Shown here: one piece after another, positions 1 to 11,490 of the stretch
How the letters are laid out: every line of letters starts with the position of its first letter
How positions within the stretch are numbered: the first letter of the stretch is position 1
Assembly (NCBI GenBank): GCA_963575745.1
Contig: CAUYUJ010000037.1
Coordinates: 248,001-312,000, forward strand
Direction of reading: 5' to 3'
Length of the DNA stretch: 64,000 nt
Source: Prorocentrum cordatum
Taxonomy: Eukaryota
Made by a program: the position numbers and the translations under genes
The notes under the pieces: model-generated
Database searches by the model: none
Seen by the model: only the letters and a program-made list of their open reading frames with translations
What the model was told of the DNA's origin: nothing

Positions 1-59
1 TCCTTGGATTCCAACTCCGCGAATCAAAGCGACTAGTGCGTCCTGACAATCCCAAGTCG

Positions 60-260
60 TTCCAGAACGCCGTTCCTGGGACTTAGACCATACGAATCCT
101 CGGAATGTCTGTGAGCTTCAACCGGATGTGCGCGGCGCTGAGGCGAGAACCACATTTTGAGAAAGAGCCGCACTCCATCCATGAAGCTGGTAGAAACTTT
201 CAAGACGAATGCGCGCGGCGCTAAGGCGGGAGGGACATTCCGAAAAGGACTCGCCCTCCA
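60..260. repeat. Degenerate ~80-bp-unit repeat (gcgcggcgctaaggcgagagccacattttgagaa family)
   Basis: Two units are visible here; the same family recurs in the same orientation at ~56250-56700. Confidence 0.7.
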
Positions 261-497
261 ATCTTGAAGCTGTGGCAAATTTCAACCTTAAGGATCATGA
301 ATGGTGTGGATGTCTCCCGCAAAACGCCTAGCCCGCCGTACCGACACGTCTGAGAGTGCAACAGGGAGGAGATGTCCAGCTGCCTGCGGCAAGTCCCGCC
401 ATCATGCCAGCCTAGCAATTTGGGTGGCCACTGTTCCAGGAGGCATGGGAGGCCGCCACGTGCGACAATTCGTGTCTCCAGGCTTTGGGGAACCGTG

Positions 498-1492
498 ATG
501 AGGATTATGGGGGTGATGCTGCTGATGATGATGATGATGATGCTGATGCTGATGCTGATGCTGATGCTGATGCTGATGATGATGATGATAATGATGGCGA
601 TGACGATGTTGATGACGATGACGATGGCGATGGCGATGACGATGGCGATGACAATGATGATTGCGATGATGCTGGTAATGATGGTGGTGTCCGTGGTGCT
701 AGTGATGATGGTGGTGATGATGATGACGACGATAACGACGACGATGATATTGATGATGCTGTTGTTGATGATGGTGGTGATGATGCTGCTGACGACGAAA
801 ACGATGGTGATGACGTTGAGTTTGACGATTCTGTTGCTTCGGATTTTGCTGCTGCTGATGGTGGTGCTGGTGATGACGATGGTGCTGATACTGATGCTGA
901 TGATGATGATGTTGATGCTGATGCTGGTGATGGTGATTGTGATACCGATGGTGAGTTTTTCCATTGTGAAAGTGATGATGCTGCTGATGATGAAGGTGAT
1001 GATGATGCTGATGCTGGTGATGGTGATGGTGATACCGATGGTGAATATTTCCATGGTGAAGGTGATGATGTTGCTAATGATGAAGGTGATGATGATGACG
1101 GTGGTGGTGGGGTATGATGATCAATGTGATGATGCTAATGGTGGTGCGGTGGTGATGATGATGACGATGCCGATGCTGATTATGATGTTGTCGGTGATGA
1201 TTGTGATGATGTTGATGATGTTGATGATGATGTTGGTGGTGATGATGATGTTGATGATGGTGCTACGGATTATGCTGGTAATGCTGATGCCGATGTTGCT
1301 GCTGTTGTTGCTGTTGATGACGACGGTGAGGATGATGGTGATGCTGATGGTGATGTTGATGATGATGATGATGATGCTGATGCTAATGATGATGATGATT
1401 ATGATGATGATGATGATGCTGATGATGATGATGATGATGATCATGATTCTTATGATGATGATGCTGATGATGCTGATGCTGATGATGCTGCT

Positions 1493-1543
<51 letters not shown>

Positions 1544-1590
1544 AATGATGATGCTGATGATGATGACGATGACGATGACGATGATGACGG
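498..1590. repeat. Degenerate (GAT/GCT/GGT)n microsatellite
   Basis: Direct reading; it explains the poly-M, poly-D and poly-I ORFs. Confidence 0.97.
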
Positions 1591-2560
1591 TGAAGCTCGT
1601 TTGGGCCGTCTTGGGGCTGTCTTGGCCTCCTGTTAGGCAGTCTTGAGGTCCAGTAGGGCCCTCTTGGCTGTCTTGTGGCTCTCTAACGTCAGCTTGGGGC
1701 TCTCTTGGGCAGCCTTGGGGCCTCTTTGACCGTATGGTGGCTGTCTGGGGCCGTCGTGGGCCGTCGAAGGGCCTTCTGAGGCCGTCTTGGGTCCCACGGG
1801 AGGCCCTCTTGGGCCGTCTTGGGGCCGTCTTGGATGTCTCTTGGGCCATCGTTGAGTCCTCTTGGGCCGCCGTGAGCTGACGGCAGCCCGAAAAGGCAAG
1901 AATGCGACCATCCTTCAAAAGGTCCCGAGGCCCGGTACGGGCCCCGAGGGGCCGAAAGCAACGAAAACCCTCGGTCTCGATTTGCTCGGCACGCCGGATA
2001 TCTGGGTCTTCCTGCCACCCCCCGGATATCTGGGTCTTCCTGCCACCCCCCTTTTCGGCGCGTTCAAAATGTTGCGGACTCGCCCACTCTCTGGCACGCT
2101 TGGGGCTTATTGGGGACCTCTTGGGGCCTCCTTGGGCCTCCTGTGGGCCTCTTGGGGCGGACGACACCTCTTGGATATTTGTTTGGGTTGTCTTTGGGTC
2201 GTCTTGGGCGCCTCTGGGGCCGTCTTGGAGCCCCAGGGGACCCTTGGGCCGTCTTGGGGTGGTTTTGGCGTCTTTTGGGCTGCTTGGAGCGTCGGAAGCT
2301 CGAACCATAGAGGACCCCCAAAACATTGAAAACGTAAAGAAAATCGCTGCTGTTGGCCTCTTTGGGCCCTCTTGGGAAGGCTCTTGGGATTGTCTAGGAG
2401 CGCCTAGAAGGCTCTTTTGGGCGCCTTGGACCTTGGACCGATCGTGCGGCGATTCGGGGCCCTCTTTGACCATCTTGGAGCCCTCTTGGGGCCCCCTTGG
2501 CCCCTTTAGGGGCCCTCTTGGGGCCGAACAAGTCGCGTGAGAAGCCGCAGGGAGCCCCGG
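1590..2560. repeat. Low-complexity 'gggccgtcttgg/gggccctcttgg' repeat family
   Basis: Many short degenerate units; the reverse-complement family (ccaagacggccc) is at ~50850-51420. Confidence 0.8.
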
Positions 2561-2775
2561 GGGCCACGCGGTAAGCCCCTAGAAGATTTGGCAATGTCGG
2601 CTCTGGGCCCCTCGAAGAATCCTCCGACTTACGTCTTAGGGGAGTCAGCAATGACCCGAGGACATTCCAATTCGTGTCTCGAGCTGGCGGATATATGTGC
2701 GTGTGTAGATAGGTATACATATACACATGTACCAATACACGCAGGACATCCACAGCTCAAGTGTTTGATTTGTCA

Positions 2776-4297
2776 TTCCCAACCATCCTGTGGTGTTGGG
2801 TCCCCCTCCCTCCTCTCATCCCTGCCTCTGCCTTCCGCATGTCTACACCCCTCGCGCGCTTCGTGGCCCCATAGAGAGCTCCACAGAAGGCCACAGCGGC
2901 AGGGTTTACTTGCGCCCGCGCGACCGAATTCGGCATTCCCCTCGCTCCACGGAAGGCTTTAGTGGCTGCGTTCGCATGCGCCCGCCGCGCCCATTTCGGT
3001 ATCCCTCACACGCTCCGTTGCCCCGCGGGGAACTTCCCTGACGGCCCCAATGGCTGCGTGCGCATGCGCACGCCGCGCCAATGTTGGCACACCCCTGACA
3101 CGTTTCGTGGGCCCATAGGGAGGTCCACCGAAGGCCTCCGTGGCTGCGTTCGCATGCGCCCGCCACACCGCTTCGTCGCCCCATAGGGAGCCCCACCGAA
3201 TGCCCCACCGTCTGCGTTCGCATGCGGCCGCCGCACACATTTCGATCTCCCCTCACACGTTTCGTGGCCATTTGGGGGGCTCCACCGAAGGCCCCCGTGG
3301 TTGCGTTCGCATGCGCTCGCCGCACCCATTTCGGCATAACCCTCCGACGCTTCGCCGCCCCATTGGGAGCTCCACCGAAGGCCTCAGTGGCGGTGTTCGC
3401 ATGCTCCACCGAAGGCCGAAGGCCCCAGCGGGTGCGCTCGCACGCACACGCCGCAGTCATTTTGGCACACCCCACGCACACTTCGTGGCCACATTGGGAG
3501 CTCTACGCCTCAGTGGCTGCGTTTGCATGCTCCCGCCGCACCGATCCTGGCACACCCCATCACACGTTTCGCAGCCCCATAGGGAGCTCCATCGAAGGCC
3601 CCAGTGGTTGCGCTCGCCTGCGCCCGCCGCACCAAGTTCGGCATACTTTTCACACGTTTTGTCGCCCCGTAGGGATCCCTTCCGAAAGCCCCAGTGGCTG
3701 CGTTCGCATGCGCCCGCCGCACCGATCCCGGCACACTTCTCACGCGCTTCGTCTGGGAGCTCCACCGAAGGCCTCCGTGGTTGCGCTCGCATACGCCAGC
3801 CGCGCAAATTCTGGCACACGCCGCACACTTTTCGTGGATCCGTAGGGAGGTCCAAGCGCCCGCCCCAGTCATTTTCAACTCACCACTCACACGTTTCGTT
3901 GCCCTGATCCACTGAAGGCCCCAGCGGCTGCGTTCGCATGCGCCCGCCACGCACATGTCGGCACACCCCTCATACGTCTCGTGTCCCAATAGGTAACTCC
4001 ACCGAAGGCCTCAGCGCCCGCCGCACCCGTTTCGGTACACCCCTCACACACATTTCGTCGCTCCATAGGGAGCTCCATCGAAGGCTCCAGTGGTTGCGTT
4101 CGCACGTGCCCGCCGCACCCACGTCGGCACACCCCTCGCACGCTTTGTGGCCGCATAGGGAGCTCCACCGAAGGCCCCAGTGATGGTGTTCGCATGCGTC
4201 CGTCCCATTCGCTTTCAACTCACCACTCACACGTTTCGTGGCCCCATAGGGATCCCCAGCGATGGATCCAGTGGCGGTTTTCGCATGCGTCCGCCCG
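2776..4297. repeat. ~90-bp tandem satellite (ttcgtggccccatagggagctccaccgaaggccccagtggctgcgttcgcatgcgcccgccgcac) with a hairpin terminal motif
   Basis: More than ten degenerate tandem units, preceded by ttcccaaccatcctgtggtgttggg; a related array is at 53950-54450. Confidence 0.9.
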
Positions 4298-4300
4298 CTG

Positions 4301-4716
4301 TGCAACGACCCGGAATACCCAATACTCGATTACAGCGGCGACAAGTGCGTCGCACAGCACCCATGCTGCAAAGATGACGGCAAGGTGCACAGCTGCACGA
4401 ACTCCGAGTCCCCGCACCTGGCGTTCGCCTACAAGGCCGAGGGCAAGCTCGTTTGCAGTTGCCAGAAGGTCGCCCACTTGGGCCTCGTCTACCTGGCGCA
4501 AGACGTCTGCCCAGGGGCCTCCTGCGTCGAGGAGGACAGGCTCATCCTGGATTACAGCGAGGGCAGCCGAGGTTGCATCTGTTCCAGCAACCCCTGCCTG
4601 AACGACAACGGACTGGTGCTTCGTGCGACAGCGAGGACCACCCGATCCTCACGTTAAGCTACGACAGCAACGAGACGCTGAAGTGCGGCTGCAGCAAGAG
4701 GTTCACCGCCCCCGGG
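4301..4716 (+). pseudogene. Fragment of a Cys-rich protein with two internal repeats, frameshifted and 5'-truncated
   Basis: Unit 1 CNDPEYPILDYSGDKC..HPCCKDDGKVHSC..PHLAFAY..GKLVCSC; unit 2 C..DRLILDYSEGSRGCICSSNPCLNDNGL/SCDSEDHPILTLSY..LKCGC. GC3-rich codons; frameshift near 4618. Confidence 0.65.
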
Positions 4717-5719
4717 GAGGCGTGCGGCACTTTGGTTGCAGCAGCTTCGATTCGGACGTTGCGGTAGCCACGTGTCGAGCGGCAGTACAAACACGACCTT
4801 CTCTTTTGGGGTCCCTCCTCGCACCTTCATCCTCCTCCTCCTCCACCTCCTTCTCCTCCTCTCCGTCCCTGCTCCCCTGCTTCTCTCCGTCCCCTGCTCC
4901 AAGAATCGATTCGTGTATGTTCGGGCAAAGGCGAGGTGAATTACAAAGGGAATCTTCTTGCGGAGGTCGACAAGGACAGCACGCTGATCACCTACGGGGA
5001 CGGGGACAGCGTCAAGGTCGACGTGGAGACTTTCATGGTGAAGTGGAAGGCCGCCCGGGACCTCCAATGACAGAAGCTCCACGCATGTCCGCAAGGACAA
5101 CAGTTTTGTCTCGGAATCAGACAGCACTCCAAAGGAACTTCAAGACATCATCACCATCCGTTCCAACCGCTCACAACCTACCTCCCTTGCTCGTACCCGC
5201 TGCGGGCAATCAGCCGCATCTGGATACCTACATGCACGACTCCCGACTCCAGCTTCGACCAGAAAGGTGTTCCTAAAACCAACCACGGAGCGGGGGAAAC
5301 ACATCCGAGTGTCACCCTCGACCCCAATACTTGCAAGCAGCGAACGGGGGAATTCCGATGATAGTTTCGACGACTCTCTCAAAACACCCAGGCGTCCCTC
5401 ACAGGATGCGACAGGTGCCTGTTACAGGTGATCAACGTGCAATCCGACAACGAGCAACCCGAAGCTTCGGCGACAACGCGCTCCTTGCCGGGTCAACAAC
5501 CACAGCCGCATCGACATCCAGCTCAACACAGCATTGGAGAAGGTAGAGGACGCCACTCCACCACTGATGGCCGACGTGCCAGCGTGCTTCCAATCACCAC
5601 GTTCCGACCAGCAGCACTCGAAACCAGACGCTCAATAAAAAACGACAGCGACAGTTGTATCACAAGAGCCCCCTGGCAAGCGCAGACGTCCACCTACAAT
5701 CCAGCGTCAGAGATGATAT

Positions 5720-8660
5720 CGTGACGATTATCCACGAGAACGCCCGAAGCCTCACCGACGATGACGCGATCGCCCTGCTCATCCATGAGCTTTCCAGTAT
5801 ATCCTGGGACGTGGTGGCACTTAACGAAACATAGCGGACAATAAAACGAGAGTTACGGGTTACGGAGCGTGGTATTTACATATTTGCAGTTGTTGGGCAT
5901 GATTGTCAATGTCGTGGTGTTGCGTTTATGGTGCACGAGCGGCGCGCGTCACGCATCCGGAGATGCAAAGCCATCCACTAATCGAACCCATCGCCTACAT
6001 CGACATCAATTCCCCTCAACTCCTACTCCGGCTTGTTACAGCATACTACCCGCATGGAGGCTACAGCGACCACCACATATAGGCCATTTACAATGCAATT
6101 TCTGAGATCCACACAGAAGCACGACGACACAAGCGAATGACAGTGCTGACGGGCGACTTCAACGCACAGGTTTGCAGGCGGCTCGATAACAACTTCGACA
6201 AGTGCGATGTGGACAAAAAAAACGTGTTCTCGGTAACCACGGACTGAGTCGCAGCAGTCAGCGTGGCATGTGGCTAAGATTGTGGGCCTGCTTCCGAAAA
6301 TTCAGAATAGCGAGCAAAATGTTGTACAATAGTCACAAAGACGCGTACATATACACACCTGCAGGCTGCAACTGGGTAGAATCACATATCGACTACATCT
6401 TGGTGGACCAACGGGCATGGCATCTGGTAATCGATTCAGTCGCTATGTCGTGCCCAGACGTCAGCATAGACTACCAAGCCTTGCAACTCCGACGAGCAGT
6501 GAGCAGCACAGGACGCCGACAGCGACAGCGACGACGACGACGCAAGCGTCCACATCAGCAACCACCGCGACACAACGACTCTGATTTTCAACGGCACTTG
6601 AAAAAGCACCTCGCGAGCAAGAGCCCACCAAATGACTTACAAGACGCCTGCGCACGCACCGAGAGAGCATCCAAAGCGGCACGCGAAGACCAGCAGCGAC
6701 AGCAAGAGCACGGACCACGACAACAGCCACTCGCAGCTCGAGACGACGACGAGACCATTCGACTACTACAAACACTCCTGACACAGCGGAGAAACTCACC
6801 GCACACCGACACGATCACACGAACAGCTCTCAGCAAGCGTATCCTACGACAACACCGGGCCATCGAGTGGGTTCAACGACAAGCAGCACTCAACGACATC
6901 ATGATCCAGTTCCGCGGCCTCAAGAAGATATCTGGAATCAAGTCCAGTCCACGACCGACCAAGCGACCGACACCACCCAATAAGCCACCCAACCTTTTAC
7001 CGAAGACGAAGTACAGTACACCAAGCAGTGAATTACCTCAAGAACTGCAGCTGCAGATGCAGGGACACGGCCAACCTCGCTGCAGAGCTTTTGAATGCGA
7101 GAGGGAAGACGATCGTGCAGCACCTACTCAAGGCCTTCAACGACTTTCTCGCGCCTGACCAGACACCGCTCGAGCAATGGAGGCGCACCGCGATTAACGT
7201 CATCTCCAACTCTAGCGACCCGCGCCTACCCAGCAACTACAGGCCAATTGCATCATGCCATTACTCTACACATTGATGTCTCGACTGCTATGCAATTGGC
7301 TCGAGGCGCTCTTCGACTCGCAAGATTCCCCCGACCAAGCTGGCTTCCGCAGGGGTTTCTGCAGAGAGGACCAACTTTTCACCACGACTATGTTGCACCA
7401 GATCTCCTTCGAATGGTAGTGTCATCTTTGAGCGGCTGCAATCGGCGTCGAAAAGGCGCTCGACTGCGTGGACCACGCCTGCTTCTGGGATGCCATGCGG
7501 GAGCAAAGCGCACCAGCGCCGCTTATCACCCTACTGCAGAACTTCTAGAGTGGACGGGTGGCCACGGGGCAGACGGAAGTCAGCAGCAGGAGTTTCAACA
7601 TCGAGCGCGGCGTCAAACAAGGCGCCACTCAGGTCTTACCTCTTCAATGCCCTCTTCGAGCACGTGTTCCGTCAATGCAAGCCAACTTGGGGCGGTAAGG
7701 ATTTTTGCATTCAGCTGGGGCACAACACTTACGCGTCTGACCACTTCACGATTTGACGACGATGTCCTACTACTCGCCCCCAATTTGCGCCAACTGAAAT
7801 GCATCCTGCGCGAAATCAAACACACGGCTGCGAAGTGTGGAATTGAGCGGCACCATGATAAAACCAAAACTCCCACATGCATGAAAAGTAGACGCGGGCA
7901 AAACTCGAGCCGCGCCGACATCGACGGCGACGTGGTCGCAGCCTCCGAAGCCAAAGAGACCGCCAAGTATTTGACCGGAAGCTGTCGCTCCACGACGACC
8001 ACCAGGCCAAGGTTCCCAACGTACTTGCCATGGGATAGGGCGCGTTCAGCGAATCCGAGACGAATTGACAAGCATCCGATATCCCCTTTCATAGCAGGCT
8101 CATACTGTTCAACGGTGCGGTGACACCAACTGTCATGTACGGCTGCACCTCGCGGGTGCTCACCAAGGATATGCTCCTCGGATTGAGACGCGCCCGGCGA
8201 CGCACGTTACGCCCCATGGTGAACGCGCCCAGGCGACCAGCCAACAACCAGACTGCACCAACCGCAGACACGACCATATCCGACCCGGAGCAGAGTGACG
8301 ACTGACCACACACCAACTCCAACGGCATCCGGCGGCAATTCAACGTCGACAACGCCGACGAAGACTCCGACCTCGAACCTTGGCGCGATTTCTGCGCAGG
8401 GCGACTTATGCGGCTACCGAGCGGGCAACGCGCACTCAAGTAAAAGACTGGGCGATTTTGCGCCGCGCGCTGCAGGCTGGAAGCCCCGACGCCCTCGACC
8501 TGCGTCGAGCCCGCCGCAGACATGGTGGTCAGCGAAAACGCTGGGGCGACGACGTCACGCAGTTCTTACGCTCTACCATGCTCGTTGACAACGACACACA
8601 TTGGGTCGGACTTGCTACGGACACTGTATTGTGGCAGTTGCTGGAGAATGACTTCATCGC
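5720..8660 (+). mobile_element. Decayed LINE (APE endonuclease + RT, RTE-like)
   Basis: Motifs in order across frames: ENARSL (~5737), WDVVALNET, GDFNAQV (~6152), IDYILVD (~6388), NYRPI (~7235), DQAGFRRG (~7333), RGVKQG (~7606), RFDDDVLLLA (~7750), PTVMYGC, RKRWGDDV (~8535). Many stops and frameshifts. Confidence 0.85.
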
Positions 8661-10329
8661 TTGCTCCGACGCCCGGCGACCGCGGGCCCCGGCCCGCCCG
8701 CGCGGCCCCCGGGGCCCGCTAGCAACGGCCAGCAGACGCGCGCGCCTGCTCCCAGGCCCGAGTTTCCGTGCCCAGGGAGATCAGGGCGCTGGGGCGTCTT
8801 GCAGCGCCTGGGCGGCGCCGACGCCCGCGCCCTTGCGCGCGCGCCCGCGCGCCCGGCGCTTCCCGTTCCCCCCCGAATCGGCAGGCTGCGACGCGGCGGG
8901 TTCGACCTGAGGCACCCCAGACGCGCCTCGGTGCGCGGCGGGATCTCGGGCGCAAGAAAAACCGGGGCAAACTCGCGCGGGCGAAATGGCGCGCCAGGCG
9001 CCCCGAGGAGCCCCCCGAGGAAGAAGCTCCGCCAGAGGGCGGACCTGGGGGGCAAGAGAGCTCCGTTTCTTTGGGCGGGGCCGGCCCGCCCGAGCTCCCG
9101 CCGCCCCAGCCCCCAGGCCCGGCGGTCCCCTTCCAGTCTCAGTCTCGAGCCCTGGCAGGTGGAGGCGACGGGGGCAGGGTGAACCGCTCTGGCAGTTCCC
9201 GCGGGGCGGCGGCCTCCGGCGCGAAGGCCTGGGGGGGGGGGCGCTTCCGCGAGCAAGTCGGGCGGCGCCAGCTGCGGGCGCAGTCGACGCGCTCTCGCCC
9301 GGGGAGTTGAAGGCGCACAACGAGTGCACTGAGTAGAGCGCGCATTTTGGCCCGCAGCGGACCGCCCAGCAGCGCCGCCTGCGCAGGCTCGCGCGCAAGG
9401 CCAAGACCGAGTCCGAAATTGCAGGCGCCTCGCCCGAGTAGGAGACATAATCGGAGCTGGCCCTGCGCGCGTTCGAGGCGATTGAGACCCGCGCGAAGAT
9501 GCGCGCGAGTTTCAGGGCCAACGCGGCATGCCCAGAGACATGCCGGCTGTGGGCGACCGATTATCAGTCTTTGCGCACCTTACGCGACGTTGCAGTGTCC
9601 TCGTTGCTGGTCTTTGAATTGCGACGTCCTCGTGGAATTCGAGGCGCGCGACGAGCTCCCAGCCGAGCTGGGGTAGCTTTAGCTCCTTCAGCGCGGCGCC
9701 ATCGGAGACCCTTCCAGCGCGCTTGGCTTCTTCCAGAGGCTGCGCATCGAAGGTATGTCGTGCTGCAGGCACCAGAAGAGTTTGGTGCTGGGCGACCTGC
9801 CAGCTGCGCTGCGGACCCGCGCCAGGCCTTGGAATCCACTGCCCTTCTGTTATGGGGCAGTTGCATAAGAGAGGGAACAGAGGACAGAGTGTTTACACAG
9901 CTTGGAGGAATTAGTGAATTCAGTATGGGTCGGGCTTGGAGTGCCTCGAAGAAAGCGCGCGCACCCGAATCGCAGGCATATGGCTATATGCGGACCCGGG
10001 ACAGTTTGCTTCCCATCGTCGTCCTCGCCCTTGCTTCGTTCCCCCTTCTTCCTTCCCTCCCCTGGATGGTGTCGACAGCGTCCGCGGCTCGGGCGGGGGG
10101 GCGCCCCTTCCCGCCCCCGTCATTTTCCTCGTTCCTGTTTGCCTCCCGGGCCTCTTCGGGGTCGGGAGCAGGAGCGAACCACGTTGGGGGCGGGGCGCAG
10201 TGCGCACCAACAAGGACGAAACCCTGAGCTTTGTACGATCAAGCTGTGTAGACCAGTCGATATGTTCATCGTCAGAAAGAGCTAAGAGAATGTCCGTCGA
10301 AACTCTTGTCCATACTCGGCTCGGCGTCC

Positions 10330-11490
10330 TCTAGCTTGCCCAAGGATGAAATGTCATCAACAAAGCGGCGCGCCCAAGAGCACGCTGCAGGATTGAGACA
10401 GGTACCATCTGCAATATCCTGAAATTCGTTAGCGAGTTCCACTCGCATGCTGCCAAATATAGAGCCCTATTAGTTGATATGAGCTTGTGCATGTTCCACG
10501 CACCTTTTTTTACCACCTTATCTTCCTCGTCTTCGGCTCAATATTAATAGGGACCATCTACCAAGCACGATCGGCCCGGATGTTGGGGCCGAAAATTTGT
10601 TGCGCGTCCTTCTAATGTGTGGTGCCTCCTCTCATAGCGCTACGCGCATAGTGTAGCACTCGTGCTTGCAACTTCTGTCTGTGCGTTGGTGTAAGTATGT
10701 CGGCTTCGGCCCCCGAGACGGCAGGGCCCAGAAGCCTAGACAGAACAATGCCTCGCTTCTCCACGTGATGGATACCTTTTTGGTACCAGCTTCTCCGCAT
10801 GCTGTGGTATCCTGCGTCCACTGCCGCGAGGTTCACAGGGAGCTCGCTGGTAAAAGTACAACCTGCTCTGATCATGCCGCCCAGCATCTTGGCCAGGTCG
10901 TTCGGCACACCAGCAGCAGGTAACACCTTGGAACGACATTCGGCACGGCCAGCCTGAGCCCCAGGCCCGAACAGTACCAGCAGTGTCTCCATCTTGGAGG
11001 GGTTGAGGAGATTGTTGTGGGTGGAGAGGTGAGTCGACAGGAGCTGGCTATACTCGATAGATTTCTGGCTAAGCTGCAAGTGTGCTTGAGACGCGCTGCT
11101 GTCAGAAACTAAGGTTTTAGTAGCGTCGCCGACGTAAGTGGGAAACGACAGATCGAGTTCAATAGGCTTCTCATCATCGTCATCATCATCAGCATCAGCA
11201 TCAGCATCAGCATCATCAGCATCAGCATCAGCATCAGCATCAGCATCAGCATCAGCATCAGCACAATCAACATCCTAATCATCATTGGGAAGGTCCATTA
11301 TTATCCAGGCATTCGTGATATCCTGACTATCTATTAAAGCATCCAGGGTCTCTTCGAAAGCCACGTCGATGTCCCTAGTAATGACCTTCTCGACCCATCC
11401 ACCTGAAGTGCTCCCACGTGCGGCTTGTCGAAGAGAAGCCCGTCGCGCACTTGAAGGAAACCGTAGATGTACGAAACCTGTGCTCACTAT
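10330..11490 (-). mobile_element. Possible heavily decayed non-LTR retrotransposon remnant
   Basis: Minus-strand peptides (LFGPGAQAGR, GYHSMRRSW, VSGAEA, LHYARSAMRG) resemble the region downstream of RT in LINE ORF2; no catalytic motif was seen. Confidence 0.3.

Noticed and set aside
221..1646. Long poly-Met, poly-Ile and poly-Asp ORFs (also 29-31 kb, 48-49 kb, 55 kb and 58-61 kb)
   Set aside because: They are translations of microsatellites with no stop in some frames.
2830..4297. CRISPR-like appearance of regularly spaced repeats (also 15140-15650)
   Set aside because: The units are degenerate tandem copies without unique spacers, no cas genes are present and the context is eukaryotic.
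8690..9310. Multiple 170-260 aa ORFs in very GC-rich DNA (also 49700-50200)
   Set aside because: Open in all frames because of GC content, with low-complexity R/A/P/G translations.
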